Positions 40,511 through 53,526 of a stretch of 64,000 nt of DNA are shown piece after piece. The translations under genes were made by a program, and so were the position numbers. The stretch lies in the NCBI RefSeq assembly GCF_006345805.1, contig NC_043024.1, forward strand, positions 6,696,001 through 6,760,000. The letters are read 5' to 3'. Source of the stretch: Octopus sinensis (taxonomy: Eukaryota). The notes under the pieces are model-generated. The model was not told the DNA's origin. It was given only the letters and a program-made list of their open reading frames with translations, and ran no database searches. The number at the start of each line of letters is the position of its first letter. Position 1 is the stretch's first letter.

Positions 40511-41449
40511 GCATCAATAATGAATCATTTCAGTAAGTCTTTTTGGCAATGGCTTTTCTCATGTAACGAGGGTGCAGCTATGATATATATATATATACAT
40601 ACACTTGACACATATATACACACATATAGTGAGTGTATATATCTACACATATTTATGTACTTATCTACTTGACATAAATATAAAGCCGCTGCCACACCAA
40701 ATATCCGAATGCCCTGAATATCCTGTCACTGACCAACTGGTCACTGACGAAACGGATCCAAGAGGCACCTCCATTTGGCAATAACACCAACACACATCCA
40801 CAGCAGACAGAACCATTGTTTTGGCCGTTGTTTTACGTCCAACATAAAACAGTTGACCTCATTATTAAAAAGATATTTCAGATGAGGACAAAGACTCTTT
40901 CAGCTTTTATTTATTTATTTGTTTATTCTTTCGTTTTTTTATCATGTTTTAGTCATTTGACTGCGGCCAAGCTGGAGCACTGCATTAAAGGGTTTTAGTC
41001 AAAGAAACCGACCCTATGACTTATTCTTTGTAAGCCTAGTACTTATTCATATAAATATTATTATTATTTATCATTAGCAGAAAATATATAAATAATTGAT
41101 AATTGTAATAACAATAATATTAGTGGCCAATGAGCAATAATGCTGTTAACTGGTTAATCAATAAAATTTTATAATTAATAAATAATTATAATAGAGGGTA
41201 CATGACGTACCAGCTTGCTAGAAATAAGAGTTAAAATACTCAAAAAACCACCAAACTCACTGAAAACCATAGACCAACAGAAATCAGGTGAAGGAGCAGG
41301 TGGCCATGTATGTTTAGCACAGGAAGACAACAAACTCCATCACCCATTTATGTAAATTAACCTCCCATCATCAGGCATAAACCCGCTTCCCTCAGTGCTA
41401 CTCCCCCTCTCAGTTGAGGAGTGTTTGTCTTGCTGGTCACTTAGTTACC

Positions 41450-41645
41450 CCACTGGTGCTGGTGGCATGTAAAAAGCACTCAGAACATCATGTAAAGTGT
41501 TTGCTGTTAGGAGGGGTATCGAGCTGAAGAAACCATGCCAAAGTAGACAGTAGAACTCAGCACAGTCCTCTGCTTTTACAGCTCCTGTCAAACTGTCCAA
41601 CCCATGCCAGCATAGAAAATGGCTGTTAAAGGGTGATGATGATGA
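41450..41645 (+). mobile_element. Short interspersed repeat with RTEX-like (GAT)n tail
   Basis: ggcatgtaaaaagcac...ccatgccagcatagaaaatggctgttaaagggtgatgatgat; related fragments at about 15860-15960, 27900-27960, 46530-46640, 50340-50400 and 56810-56940. Confidence 0.55.
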
Positions 41646-41765
41646 TAATGATAATGATATATGAATATATAATGTATATATAAATACATATATGCATACA
41701 TACATACATACATACGCACACACACACACATACATACATACATACATACATACATACATACATAC

Positions 41766-41822
<57 letters not shown>

Positions 41823-41823
41823 T

Positions 41824-41977
41824 TTATTTTAAGCAGCAGAAAATTCAACAAAATCTGTTACTCTGAGTTTCTCGTTGCCGTTCATCAGACAGTTTTTTCT
41901 AGCAAAAACTGTCTGATGAACGGCAACGAGAAACTCAGAGTAACAGATTTTGTTGAATTTTCTGCTGCTTAAAATAA
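41824..41977. repeat. Perfect 74-bp inverted repeat with 6-nt spacer, each arm containing a hammerhead-like core
   Basis: 41824-41897 is the exact reverse complement of 41904-41977; spacer TCTAGC; core CTGT-CTGATGA-A-CG(GCAA)CG-A-GAAAC-TCAGA-GTA-ACAG at 41909-41946. Confidence 0.95.
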
Positions 41978-42048
41978 GCATATTACTCTACCACTGGTAT
42001 TTGAGTACTCTTTTTTCACCTTGTTTCACATTTATGTGTTTACTCAGG

Positions 42049-42080
<32 letters not shown>

Positions 42081-42479
42081 ATCATTGTCATTATGCAAAA
42101 GTGTCGTAACTCCAAAACGTTACTTTTTCAGAAAATGGAAAAATAGTTTCACCATCTTTTTACATTAGCAACAGATTCAGCTTAACAGTAATACTTTGTT
42201 GGGGGCATAAAATCGTAAATCCATGCCTGTATGATATTTTCAGGCAGAAATATTCTTGCAAAACTGTTGTATGTGGGACTTAGTACACTTTTGAAAAATG
42301 CTAAGCCATTGTACTACACTTTCACAATTTTCATATTTTGGCATCTGAAACAGCTGGAGATACGATAGTTTGACCAAAAGAACCAGCTATGACTTATTCT
42401 TTGTAAGCCCAGTACTTATTCATATAAATATTATTATAATTTACCATTAGCAGAAAATATATAAATTAAATTGATTACG

Positions 42480-43000
42480 TCGATCCTAGTGTCTGCAGAA
42501 TTTGAACTCAGAACATAAAGACAGATTAAATACCACTAAGCATTTCTCCTAGCGTGCCAACGATTCTGCCAGCTCACCGCCTCGCTATAAAAATAATAAT
42601 AGTCCTTTCTACTATAGGCATATGACCTGAAATTTGGGGTAAGGGGGCCAGTCGATTAGATCGACTCCAGTACGCAACTGGTACTTAATTTATCAACCCC
42701 GAAAGGATGAAAGGCAAAGTTGGCCTCAACAAAATTTGAACTCAGAACGTAAAGACAGACGAAATACTGCTAAACATTTCACTCAGCATGCTAACATTTC
42801 TTATTTCTTTATTGTGCACAAGGGGACAAACAAGGACATACAAACGGATTAAGGTGATTACATCGACCCCAGTGCATAACTGTTACTTATTTAATCGACC
42901 CCGAAAGGATGAAAGGCATAGTCGACCTTGGCGAAATTTGAACTCAGAATGTAACGGCAGATGAAATACGGCTAACATTTCTGCCAGTTTTCCACCATTG
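42480..43000 (-). mobile_element. Cluster of three nested or tandem SINE family B pieces
   Basis: Repeated atttgaactcagaac...gaaatac.gctaa.cattt and ccccgaaaggatgaaaggc. Confidence 0.85.
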
Positions 43001-43461
43001 GGTGTGTACAATATCACACTAGGGTAGATGCGTAAGCACTAACACATCTTCTCTAGTTGTTTACTGTCTGAAGATGAAACTTCTACAGGATATTTTGAGC
43101 TTCCTTCCTTGCAATCACAGAGTGTTTATTTCAGAATCTACAACAGTCGACACTTTATCACCTACACACACCGGATGTCATCGCTGGCCGAATATTTTAT
43201 AATGTAATAGAAAACAATTTTTTCCTATTCGCTGTCACTTATTAAACGTAGTAAAGTGGTTCCGACTAACATACTTAACGTGCTGAGTCAAGATAGTTTG
43301 ATTAATTTAAAGCAACACCCTTAACGATGCAAAATGGTCATTATCTTAACGAGCAGAAACGCTGAATATTGTCCACACGCCAATGTCTATATTGTCTTAT
43401 TCCTTGGTCGTATTCAAGGCATGATGGTTGTCCTCTTCTCCCTATTTTTGATTGTGTGGTG

Positions 43462-43492
<31 letters not shown>

Positions 43493-43634
43493 TGTGTGTG
43501 CTTGGTTTTAGGCAAGTTTGGCTGGTATTAATAACAGATTGAATTACAGTGGTTTGTGTAAGAGGGACTTTGAGATCGTTAATGAGAGTGTCAAAGATAG
43601 TAGCAGTTAAAGGTGTATTCGGTCCACGATCGTA

Positions 43635-43900
43635 AAGTCATGAGTACGATTCCCAGTGGCACGCTGTGTTCTTGAGCAAGGTACTCTACTTCACCTTGCT
43701 GCAGTCCACTCAGCTAGCAAAATGAGGTGTAGCTGTAATTCAAATGGGTCAGCCTTGTTACATTCTGTGTGAAGCTGAATCTCCCTGAGAACTACGTTAT
43801 GGTATGCATCTCTGTGGAGTACTCAGCTACTTGCGTTTTAATTTTATGGGCAGGTTATTCTGTTGATCAAATAAACAGGAACTTTGTTGTTGTAAGCAAC
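43635..43900 (+). mobile_element. SINE family C (second partial copy at 44175-44340)
   Basis: gagtacgattcccagtgg...ttcttgagcaagg...agtccactcagct...cacattctgtgtgaagctgaatctccctgagaactac. Confidence 0.7.
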
Positions 43901-44723
43901 ATTGCCATTTTTTAAAATGTCGTAAGGCAAAAATGTTATGTGTTTAGTATAAGCAGTGAAAGCTAAGACAAAATGTTATTCCGTCGTGTATTCACCCTCG
44001 ACTCATGCTCAGTTTGATAACAACAGCCTGTGCATCTGTGTTTATCTGGGGGCTTGGCCTCCAGATCTGTGAGACCCACAAATGCTGCTGGTAGGACTAG
44101 ATTAACACCCATAGTGACCCTAACGACTAAAAAGATTTTCCTGCCCCTATATAGGATCTTGTTTTGCTTTCTTCCAAACACTTGCTCAGTCCACTCAGCT
44201 GGCCAAAATGAGTTGTAGCTGTAACTGAAAGGGGCCAGCCTTGTCATATTCTGTGTGAGGCTGAATCTCCCTGAGAATTACATTAATGGTATGCATGTCT
44301 GCAGAGTACTCAGCAGCTTGTGAGTTAATTTTATCCTCGTGTGGTAATAAAAAGTGAAAGTGACATCCAATGTTTGCTGTAGTTATTTGTCTTTCGTTTA
44401 AAAATCTGTCTATGTATCTATATATCAACTTTTCTTTCAATCTATGTATCTACCGTCTCTCTCAGTTTCTCTCTTTCTCTCTCACTTCCTCTGTGTCCCT
44501 CCACTCTCCCACTTTTAATTTAACAATGTGTGTATGTATCTATGTATCTACTTTTCTTTCGATGTATGCATCAGTCTACTCTGAAAATACTGATCAACCT
44601 CTCCCATCAACTGGAGAAAAGTAAAAGTAACATTCACAGTTATTTGCTGAGAGAAAGACAGACAGAGGGAGAGAGAGTGTGTGTTAGAGAGAGAGAGGCA
44701 GACAGACAGAATATCTAACTGTC

Positions 44724-44758
<35 letters not shown>

Positions 44759-45229
44759 GAGGTAACATTTCTTTTTGCAATTATCATATATCGTCAAAAA
44801 GGAAAAGTTTTCCAGCGTTTTCTGTATGAGAATGGTTCCACTCTTTCACTATTATTCTTTATCCTCTCCCTTTCTTAACTCCCCCCTCCTCTATGTCTCT
44901 TTGCCTCTAACTCTCCTACTGCATTTATCGCATTTTATCTCTCTTACTTCTCAGCGCTATCAATCATCTCTTTCTCTCTCTTTCTCTCACTCCCTCATAC
45001 TTCCTCCTCTTTGTTGCTCTGCCTCTCACTTCCACTAAACTTCCTCTGCGGCTGTTCCCTCCCTCCCTCCCGCTTTGCCACTCACTTCAAGTACACCTCC
45101 TCTGCTTAACACCTTTCATTTCTCTTTTTCTTTGTACCTCTCCCTTCAACCTTTTTACCTCATCCTTTGAAGTAAGTGTGACATACACCACAAGTATGTA
45201 CAAAAAAAAAAAACCAAGCGCATTAATAT

Positions 45230-45655
45230 TCTTTTCTATTCAAGGCACAAGGCCCAAAATTTTTGGGGAAGGGGCCAGTCGATTAGATTGACCCTAGTAC
45301 TCAGCAGGTACTTAATTTATCAACCCCGAAAGGATGAAAGGCAAAGTCGACATCAGCGGGATTTGAACTCAGAATGTAAAGTCAGATGAAATACCGCTAA
45401 GCATTTCACCCGGCATGCTAACATTTCTTATTTTTTTACTGCCCACAAGGAGCTATACACAGAAGGAACAAACAAGGACAGACAAGCGGATTAAGTTGAT
45501 TACATTGAGCCCAGTGCATAACCGGTACTTATTTAATCAACCCCGAAAGGCTGAAAGTCAACCTCAGCAGAATTTGAACTCAGAACATAGCGGTAGACGA
45601 AATACCACTAAGCATTTTGCCCAGCATGCTAACGTTTCTGCCAGCTTGCTGCCCT
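45230..45655 (-). mobile_element. Two adjacent SINE family B copies
   Basis: Reverse complement of 22650-22882 present twice. Confidence 0.85.
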
Positions 45656-46049
45656 TAAGCATATTAATAGTATTGATTGGGTCCCCCTATAAAGAGTATG
45701 GTTTTTTTTCAATTACATGAACTAAAAGTCAGAGGGGTATGGAATAAACTACCTGCATTAACTTGCAATAAAAACAGGTAGAAATTTTACCTTGTCCTTA
45801 TTCTTAGTACAAGTCTTGAAGAGTGCAGTTTGATTTTAACAGTTATTTTTACAAAGTTATAAACGGAAATGACAAAGGAGCATATTTGCCATATTTTGGT
45901 TTGTGAGTTCAATAAAGGCAACAATGCAAGGGAAAGTGTGAAGAATATTAATGCAGTTTATAGGGATTGGACAATATGTGTAAGCCAGAAACTATAGCCT
46001 AGAAGATAAGCCTTGTTCTGGAAGATCTGTAAAGCTAGATGAGGATATC

Positions 46050-46530
46050 TGCAAACCCCCGTAGAACAAAATCCCATCATAACAGCTGAGAAATTAGCAG
46101 AGAAGCTTGGATTTGGTCATTCAACCATTTATCAATACCTGCACTAGAAGAAAAACGACCATCTTTGGTTTCAAGACGAAAGGTGTTCTTCCATCTGGAT
46201 AATGCTCAGCCATATACAGTGAGGATGACATTCGAAAGGCTGGAGCAGTTTGAATGAGAAATGATGCCCAACCATATTCATCGGACGTTGCCCTATCTGA
46301 TTATCATTTATTCCACAGTCTTCAAAATCATTTGGATGGAAAAATCTGAATTCTGTAGACGAGGTCAGAACAGTACCGCAAGAGTATTTTTCATCGTGGA
46401 CAAGTGAGTTTTGGAAGCGGTGCCTTGCAAGCCTACCAAATAGATGGAAGAACATTGTAGAAAATGAAGGAGAGTTTATTTTAGATTAAAAAGAACTTTG
46501 TTTATCTTAATTTTGAAAGATAAAAGAAGT
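46050..46530 (+). mobile_element. Internally deleted, decayed mariner
   Basis: Reading NPIITAEKLAEKLGFGHSTI...FHLDNAQPYT...PYSSDVALSDYHLFHSLQNHL...RWKNIVENEGEFILD*; a related snippet lies on the minus strand at about 50800-50900. Confidence 0.8.
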
Positions 46531-46699
46531 ATCATACATCCTGCCTTTCACTCTGACCAAGAGGCCTTTTGTTACCAGCAGAGGCAGGAGCTCTCTTAAT
46601 TTTGCCCACCTATTCTTATTCTAGCAGCTACACACTTGAAGCATCCAACCCTTGCTACTGACTGGTCACCTAGGTAACGGAGGTTATCAACTACTTCTA

Positions 46700-47270
46700 G
46701 TTTCCCCATGCCTGGCATTTGATGGAATCTATTTTCTGTACATTTTTAGTGTTTATTGTACCTGTGCACGCAAAAGCTATCTTCCCTGTTAACCTTCCTC
46801 TGATATTGCTGCACCTCTTATATATCTATAGCTTACACTGGGTACATCTTATGGAGTTTCTACCTATGCCTTTTCTAAAGATTGAGCAGGGCCATCTACG
46901 TGAAGGGATCTGTGATTTATCTGCTTTCCTACGTTCTAAGACTTTGCTTTTTGCTAGATTGACTCTAACAACCTTCACTTCTAGACCTTGCTTCCACATG
47001 TGAAACTTCTCTAGTTCTGGTAGTGGTTCAGCTTTTAGAGCAAGGTCATCAGCATAGGGAAGCTCCCAGGGGCATCCTGTCTTGAATTCTTCTGTTATTG
47101 CCTGGAGGACTATGAGGAACAAGAGGGGGCTGAGGACTGATCCTTGGTGGACCCTACTTCTACCTGGAATTCTTCACTGTACTCGTTGCCAAACCTCACC
47201 TTACTAACAGCATTCCTGTACATGACTTGTATAGCACTTACCAACCACTCATCTATCTCTAGTTTCTGTA
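46700..47270 (-). mobile_element. RTEX-like LINE RT fragment
   Basis: ORF 46826-47122 LQAITEEFKTGCPWELPYADD...WPCSI.RKGIGRNSIRCTQCKL (RT plus Cys-rich insert typical of RTEX). Confidence 0.85.
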
Positions 47271-47320
47271 TATCTATACATACATAGCTATATATATATA
47301 TATACACACACACATTACTG

Positions 47321-47378
<58 letters not shown>

Positions 47379-47400
47379 TATGTATGTGTGTATATATATA

Positions 47401-48032
47401 TAAATCCTTAAATCCTTAAAAATGCTTTAGCCCGAAGGCCGCGGCCATGCTGGGGCACCACCGCTGAATGAGCTACACTAATATGTGAATTCACCTCTGA
47501 TACGTGGCACTTGATCAACAAGGGAGTTCGATGATGCTGCCCGCATCTGCATCTCCTGTCATGAGGTAGGTTCATCTGGGACTCCCGACAAGAAGAGATC
47601 CAGTTTAGTTTTAAAGAAACCCACATCCACACCATGTAAGTCTCTCAGGCATTTAGGGAGGATGTTAAAGAGCTGTGGTCCTCTGAAACCCTAGCTGTTG
47701 CAGTATCTGGTCCTGTATTTTGATGGTGATGTTGGAATCTTTGGCACCATGCAGTGGCGCCCCGTTCTACAGTTGGGGTAACTTTGAATGCCAAAGTTTG
47801 GGACAAGACCCATCAGGATTTTCCAGATGTATATCACCGCATATCTCTCCCGCCTCCGCTGTAGGGAGAAGAGGTTTAATACTTTCAGTCTTTCCCAGTA
47901 GCTGATATTTTGCATTGAGACGATCTTCTTTGTGTAGCTTCTCTGAATTGCTTTGAGTTCTGCTGTTAGTTTTATATTGTGTGGTGACCATAGTTGGGAG
48001 CAGTAGTCCAAGCGGCTGAGGACGAATGTTAT
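47401..48032 (-). mobile_element. L2/CR1-like LINE 3' end with stem-loop tail and (AAGGATTT)n terminus
   Basis: ORF 47691-48092 SRLDYCSQLWSP, YWERLKVLNLFSLQRRRERY; further GPQLFNILP, FFKTKLD; tail GGTGGTGCCCCAGCATGGCCGCGGCCTTCGGGCTAAAGC. Confidence 0.88.
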
Positions 48033-48041
48033 ATATATATA

Positions 48042-48606
48042 TTGGGTTGTCTGGAAAGTTCGTGCCAATTTTAAAGGAAAAGAAAAGGTCAATAAATACT
48101 TGCCATTACATTTTTAATCAACCAAATATGAACCATTTTGTTGCCCAATGCGTCTCCATCTTTCCTTTAACTTGAAAATACCTTCTTCCCAGAATTGAGG
48201 TGGTTTCATGGGAAAGAATTCATCAAGGTATCTTTTTACGTCATCCAAGGAATTGAAATTTTTACCATTAAGACTATTCTGCAGAGACCTGAATAAGTGG
48301 AAATCCGAAGGAGCAATATCTGGTGAATATGGAGGGTAGGGTAACACATCCCAGCTGAGCTGCAGCAATTTTTGTCTGGTTCTCAAAGCATCAAGTGCCG
48401 AAAATAAACTTTCTTATCTTCCACTTTAAAGGGTTACAGAATAAACACAGGTTATAGGAACATAAACTTTCTTCCACGAAAAGATAGCTTAAACTATGCT
48501 CTAAATGGAGGTGTAGTCAAATCCTATTTTATGGACTCAACCACGTTCTAAAATAAGTCGAAAGTTAAGCTGCTATAAATCGGCACCAACTTTCCGGACA
48601 ACCCAA
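48042..48606 (-). mobile_element. Second copy of the 565-bp internally deleted mariner
   Basis: Same TIRs with a few mismatches; same deletion junction and ORF (48114-48386) as 35381-35946. Confidence 0.95.
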
Positions 48607-48758
48607 TGTATATATTTTTATATAAATATCTATTACTTATTTATGTACATACATATATGTATGAATGGATATGTACATACATAATGTATGCTTGTAGACA
48701 TATTTATGTATACAACTATATAAATATGTGCAGATCTTTACACAAACACACACACAAT

Positions 48759-48793
<35 letters not shown>

Positions 48794-49269
48794 CTGTGTG
48801 TGTTTGTGTGTGTGTATATGTTTGTATGAGCTGTATGTATGCTTATATGCATACTCATACTTTACCTTAGTAATGACCCTCACACCTACATATACACATT
48901 CCTTTTATATTAAGTAGTCCAGTGGATGCATATATATATATACATATGTATACATATATATACATATATATGTATGCATAGATATAATATACATACATTG
49001 GTATGTATAATTTATTTACGCATAAAACTTTAAAGTCTGTTAACACCCAGTTTTAGTAATGTCTGTTTCGTTTTGAATACCTATATATGTACGTAGGGTG
49101 TGTGTATGTGTAGCGCAGAGTTATATATGTGTATGTGTGTATCTGTCTGTCTATCTATCTATATATATATATATATATCCATATATGGTACCTGGTGCAT
49201 TTATATACAGCAATTTGTATAGAATAATTCATGTACAAAATAAATTCATTGAACAAGAAACGTAACAAA

Positions 49270-49501
49270 CCACTACACCGCCAGCACCACCGCCGCCACC
49301 GCCACCACCACCGCCACCACTGTCGCCACCACCACTATTATCACTACCACCATCGCCGCCGCCGTTATTAACACTATCACCACCTCCACCCCACCTACCA
49401 CTACCACCATCACCACTACCACCACCTCCACCACCATCACCAATACTACTGCCACAACTACCGTCACAGTTGCTGCTGCTGGTTCTACTACTACTACTAC
49501 A

Positions 49502-49533
<32 letters not shown>

Positions 49534-50200
49534 TACTACTTCTCCTACTGCCACAATTAAACACACATACATACAAACAGATGCACATGTATACACCATT
49601 ATACATACACTGCTATACTATAACACACACGCATTACTACTCATAGACACTATCAACAAAGCCATTTTGCACACACACACACACCATCACACACACTACC
49701 ACACTGTATGAAACACACATACACTCCTACACATACACACATACATATACTCACACATATATAATCCCGCTACCACACACATGTTACCACACTCTATGAC
49801 ACACACGCACACCCACACATGCTGCTCATGACACATACACTCATGCTAACATGCACACACACACACACGCACACTAACACTCACACTACCACACTGTAGG
49901 ACACACACACATACACACACACTCGCGCACATATACACACACTCACACACATGCACACATACACACACATATAATCACACACATATAATCACACTACCAC
50001 ACACACACTACTACACTCTATGACACACACACACACTCATTCACATACACACATACACACATACACACACACATATAATCACACTACCACACACACACAC
50101 CCTATGACAACACACACCCACACATGCTGCTTATCACTCATGCTAACATGCACACACACACACACATTCTCTCTCTCTTTCTCTTTTACTCATACATATT
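49270..50200. repeat. Low-complexity (ACC/ACT)n and degenerate (CA)n tract
   Basis: Direct read. Confidence 0.9.
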
Positions 50201-50399
50201 ACCCCTCAAGATACCCACTGCCTCAACTATCCTTGCCATGACATTATGCCATAGTCGTAAACAAGCAGCACTGATATACAAGCAGGGTCGTGATCTTCCA
50301 ATATTCTGCAGAAACAGTCTGGTCATGAGGAAATGTTAACCTTGCTTGGTGGGGGTTGGTGACAGGGAGGGCATCAGGCTGTAGAAAATCTGCTTCTAT

Positions 50400-50790
50400 A
50401 AACAACCTCTCGCCCGAGGATATAGAAATAAGATCCCACAATATGGTAGAAACCATAGCCACTCGTAATAAAAAAGGAATACTGGTGGAATGTAAGCAGA
50501 ACAGACCTGATATACTGCTTTGGGGAAGAGAAGAGAAACTGTGCACAGTTGTGGAAATTAGCTGCCCAGCGGATGTTAACAGAAAGCTGAAGATCAGTGA
50601 AAGAGAGAACACCTATGCTGAACTATTGAGAAATCTGCAGTTACTCTATCCAGATTATAAGTTCAGGTTTATACCTGTAATTATAGGGGCCCTGGGTATT
50701 TAGGGGATATGTAACACCTAAATACCAGAAAGGAGAAAGCTAATTCTAAGACTACAGATCCAATCCATCACTGGAACTGTAAAAATCTGT
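50400..50790 (+). mobile_element. Restriction-like endonuclease C-terminal fragment of an R4/NeSL-type non-LTR element
   Basis: ORF 50356-50703 NRPDILLW...VVEISCP...K...Y..L...L..LYP..K...IPVIIGALG (PD-D/E-xK fold). Confidence 0.82.
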
Positions 50791-51828
50791 AAAACTATGA
50801 ATCTATGTCTGACCAATTCCAGGCTTCTCTGCTGATTCCTCAACAGTTATGATGGGATTTTATTTTGTAGGATGTCCTCGTCGAGCTCTTTCCGGAAGTT
50901 TATCATTTAAATATATGTCTAGGTATGCAAATATATGCATGAGAATACATACATAGAACATACAACTCTGAACATACATACATATACATACATACATACA
51001 TACATACATACATTGTGGCTGCCCCCTTGTTATTGAGTAAGGCCATTGCACGAAGCTTAATCAATGTTGTTATCGCGCAATGCCTGTGCAAGAAGATTCT
51101 TTTTAAAGTGAGGAAAGGCTGTGCACTGAGTCAATCCCACTCACTAAGCAACAGCAAAATAATCCGAAAAGAAGAACAAGTCAACATCATCGGTAACCAC
51201 TGAGCCGCAGGTTTTATGTCGGAGTTATCCCAGTTACCTGAGTTACCTTCTCCTAGAAGGATGCCCTAACAAAGGCTAGGAATCCTTCACTCCCAATGGT
51301 TTAACCGCGTGATCTGGTATTCAGTCCGATTATTTCTATGTCCCCGCACATACATACATATGAACAAAAATACCCTGTTGTTGAAATTCCAATGAAGGAG
51401 TCTTGGATCTAGGTTAGAAACCGGTTCTTTCTCTATTGGCAAGAAATCTTGAAATAAACTGAATAATGACATACATACATTATCATAGGCGACTTAGGTT
51501 ATGAACCAACAAATTTATAGAAAAACCTGGAAATATTCAGTGTCACAGAGAAAAAGCAAAGGAACTGACATGGATTCTCCAAATCCAACTTTTCCTTGGT
51601 AGATTGAAGATTTGTAAGATGTTCCCAAAATTCTCCATCTGAGATTCTTATGTGAATAGATGCACACACTTGGGTCCATGCATCAACAGTTTAACTAACA
51701 CACCAACTCAACCATGTATTTACAAACACTGGGGACTCCATAAACTCAAAAATCTTGTCACTTTGTTAATGACCAGCTAGAACTTCCTCACGAAGAACTA
51801 AAATAAAACTCAAAGAAAAATCACACAT

Positions 51829-52255
51829 ACAGGCACAGGAGTGGCTGCGTGGTAAGTAGCTTGCTTACCAACTACATGGTTCCGGGTTTATTCCCATTGC
51901 GTGGCACCTTGGGCAAGTGTTTTCTAGTATAGCCTCAGGCCGACCAAAGCCTTGTGGGTGGATTTGGTAGACAGAAACGGAAAGAAGTCTGTCGTATATC
52001 TGTATATATATATGTGTGTATGTGTGTGTGTGTGTGTGTGTGTGTCTGCATTTGTGTTTTTTCCCCCAACATCACTTGACAACCGATGCTGGTGTGTTTA
52101 CGTCCCCGTAACTTAGTGGTTCAGCAAAAGAGAACAATAGAATAAGTACTAGGCTTACAAAGAAAAAAAATCTGGGGTCGATTTGTTCGACTAAAGGTGG
52201 TGCTCCAGCATGGCTACAGTCAAATGACTGAAACAAGTCAAAGAGAGTAAAAGAG
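51829..52255 (+). mobile_element. SINE family A, full length
   Basis: Colinear with 63162-63588. Confidence 0.9.
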
Positions 52256-52942
52256 ACATGCATATATACATACATAGCTATAGATATACATATATGTATA
52301 CACAGATATATAACCCTATATTTATTTATATATATGAATGAATGACTCTATGCATGTATATTAGTCTATAGAAATCGCTGTATGTGTATATGAAAGCAAG
52401 TACGATTTTGTGGTATAGAAATGTTTCGCCATACACAGCTATGTGTTGGTATTGTGTGTATATAGGTTACAGAAAATATGTATACACCATCAATCGTTTG
52501 CAAAACATGTAGGACAAGCTGTGATTGGCCCCAGAAATAAAACATCCCAGTTAAAACCGGTCTGCGAACAGTCCTACCTTGACACACTTGGTGCCAGACG
52601 GAAGAACCTGCTAGCTCCATAGATCTACTGCATATATGAATATATAAACTTCCCCAAGCTATCATTCATTGGTGGACTGGCTTCTGACTTTTCTTTCCCT
52701 CTTCGTATATATAATTTGTGCTCACATTTTCAATATCACATTACATTCAAATTCCCAGCAGTTAATCATTCATTCATAATACCATAGTGTGTGTGTGTGT
52801 TTGTGTGGTTGCAGTCTAATGACTGAAACAAGTAAAAGATATATATGTATATATATGCATCTATAAATACATACATATATAAATATATACACACAAATAT
52901 ATATATGTGTGTACACATATATACATATATATATATATATAT

Positions 52943-53003
<61 letters not shown>

Positions 53004-53099
53004 TATATATATATATATATAGTTATATACATACATTATATATATATATTATATATATATATATATATAGTTATATATATATATATATAATATAGTTAT

Positions 53100-53140
<41 letters not shown>

Positions 53141-53217
53141 TATATATATATATATAGTTATATATACATACATATATATATATATTAAACTTTTAATACT
53201 TTTTGATAGTTATATAA

Positions 53218-53248
<31 letters not shown>

Positions 53249-53460
53249 AATAATAAAATATATATATGTATATATATTTAAAATTTATAAGTTTAAATTA
53301 TTATTTTAAATCATTTTTAAAATTTTAACTTTAATTTAAATATTTTAATTTGGAATTTTATATTTTATATTTTTTTATATATTTTATTAATTAATTTTAT
53401 TTCTATGTATTGGCATATGATTTTCACTGTTTGATTTGCCTAATAGTGGTTTTATCTCTA

Positions 53461-53504
<44 letters not shown>

Positions 53505-53526
53505 TTATATATATATACATATATAT

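Noticed and set aside
40705-40765. CTGAATA...gtca-c-tgacc-aact-ggtca-c-tgac-GAAAC hairpin
   Set aside because: Extra bases between core and stem II, and no NUH/stem I; too degenerate to call.
51200-51350. Structured segment resembling a LINE 5' UTR, possibly an HDV-like ribozyme
   Set aside because: I could not fold a nested double pseudoknot by hand; it would need an RNAMotif or Infernal HDV search.
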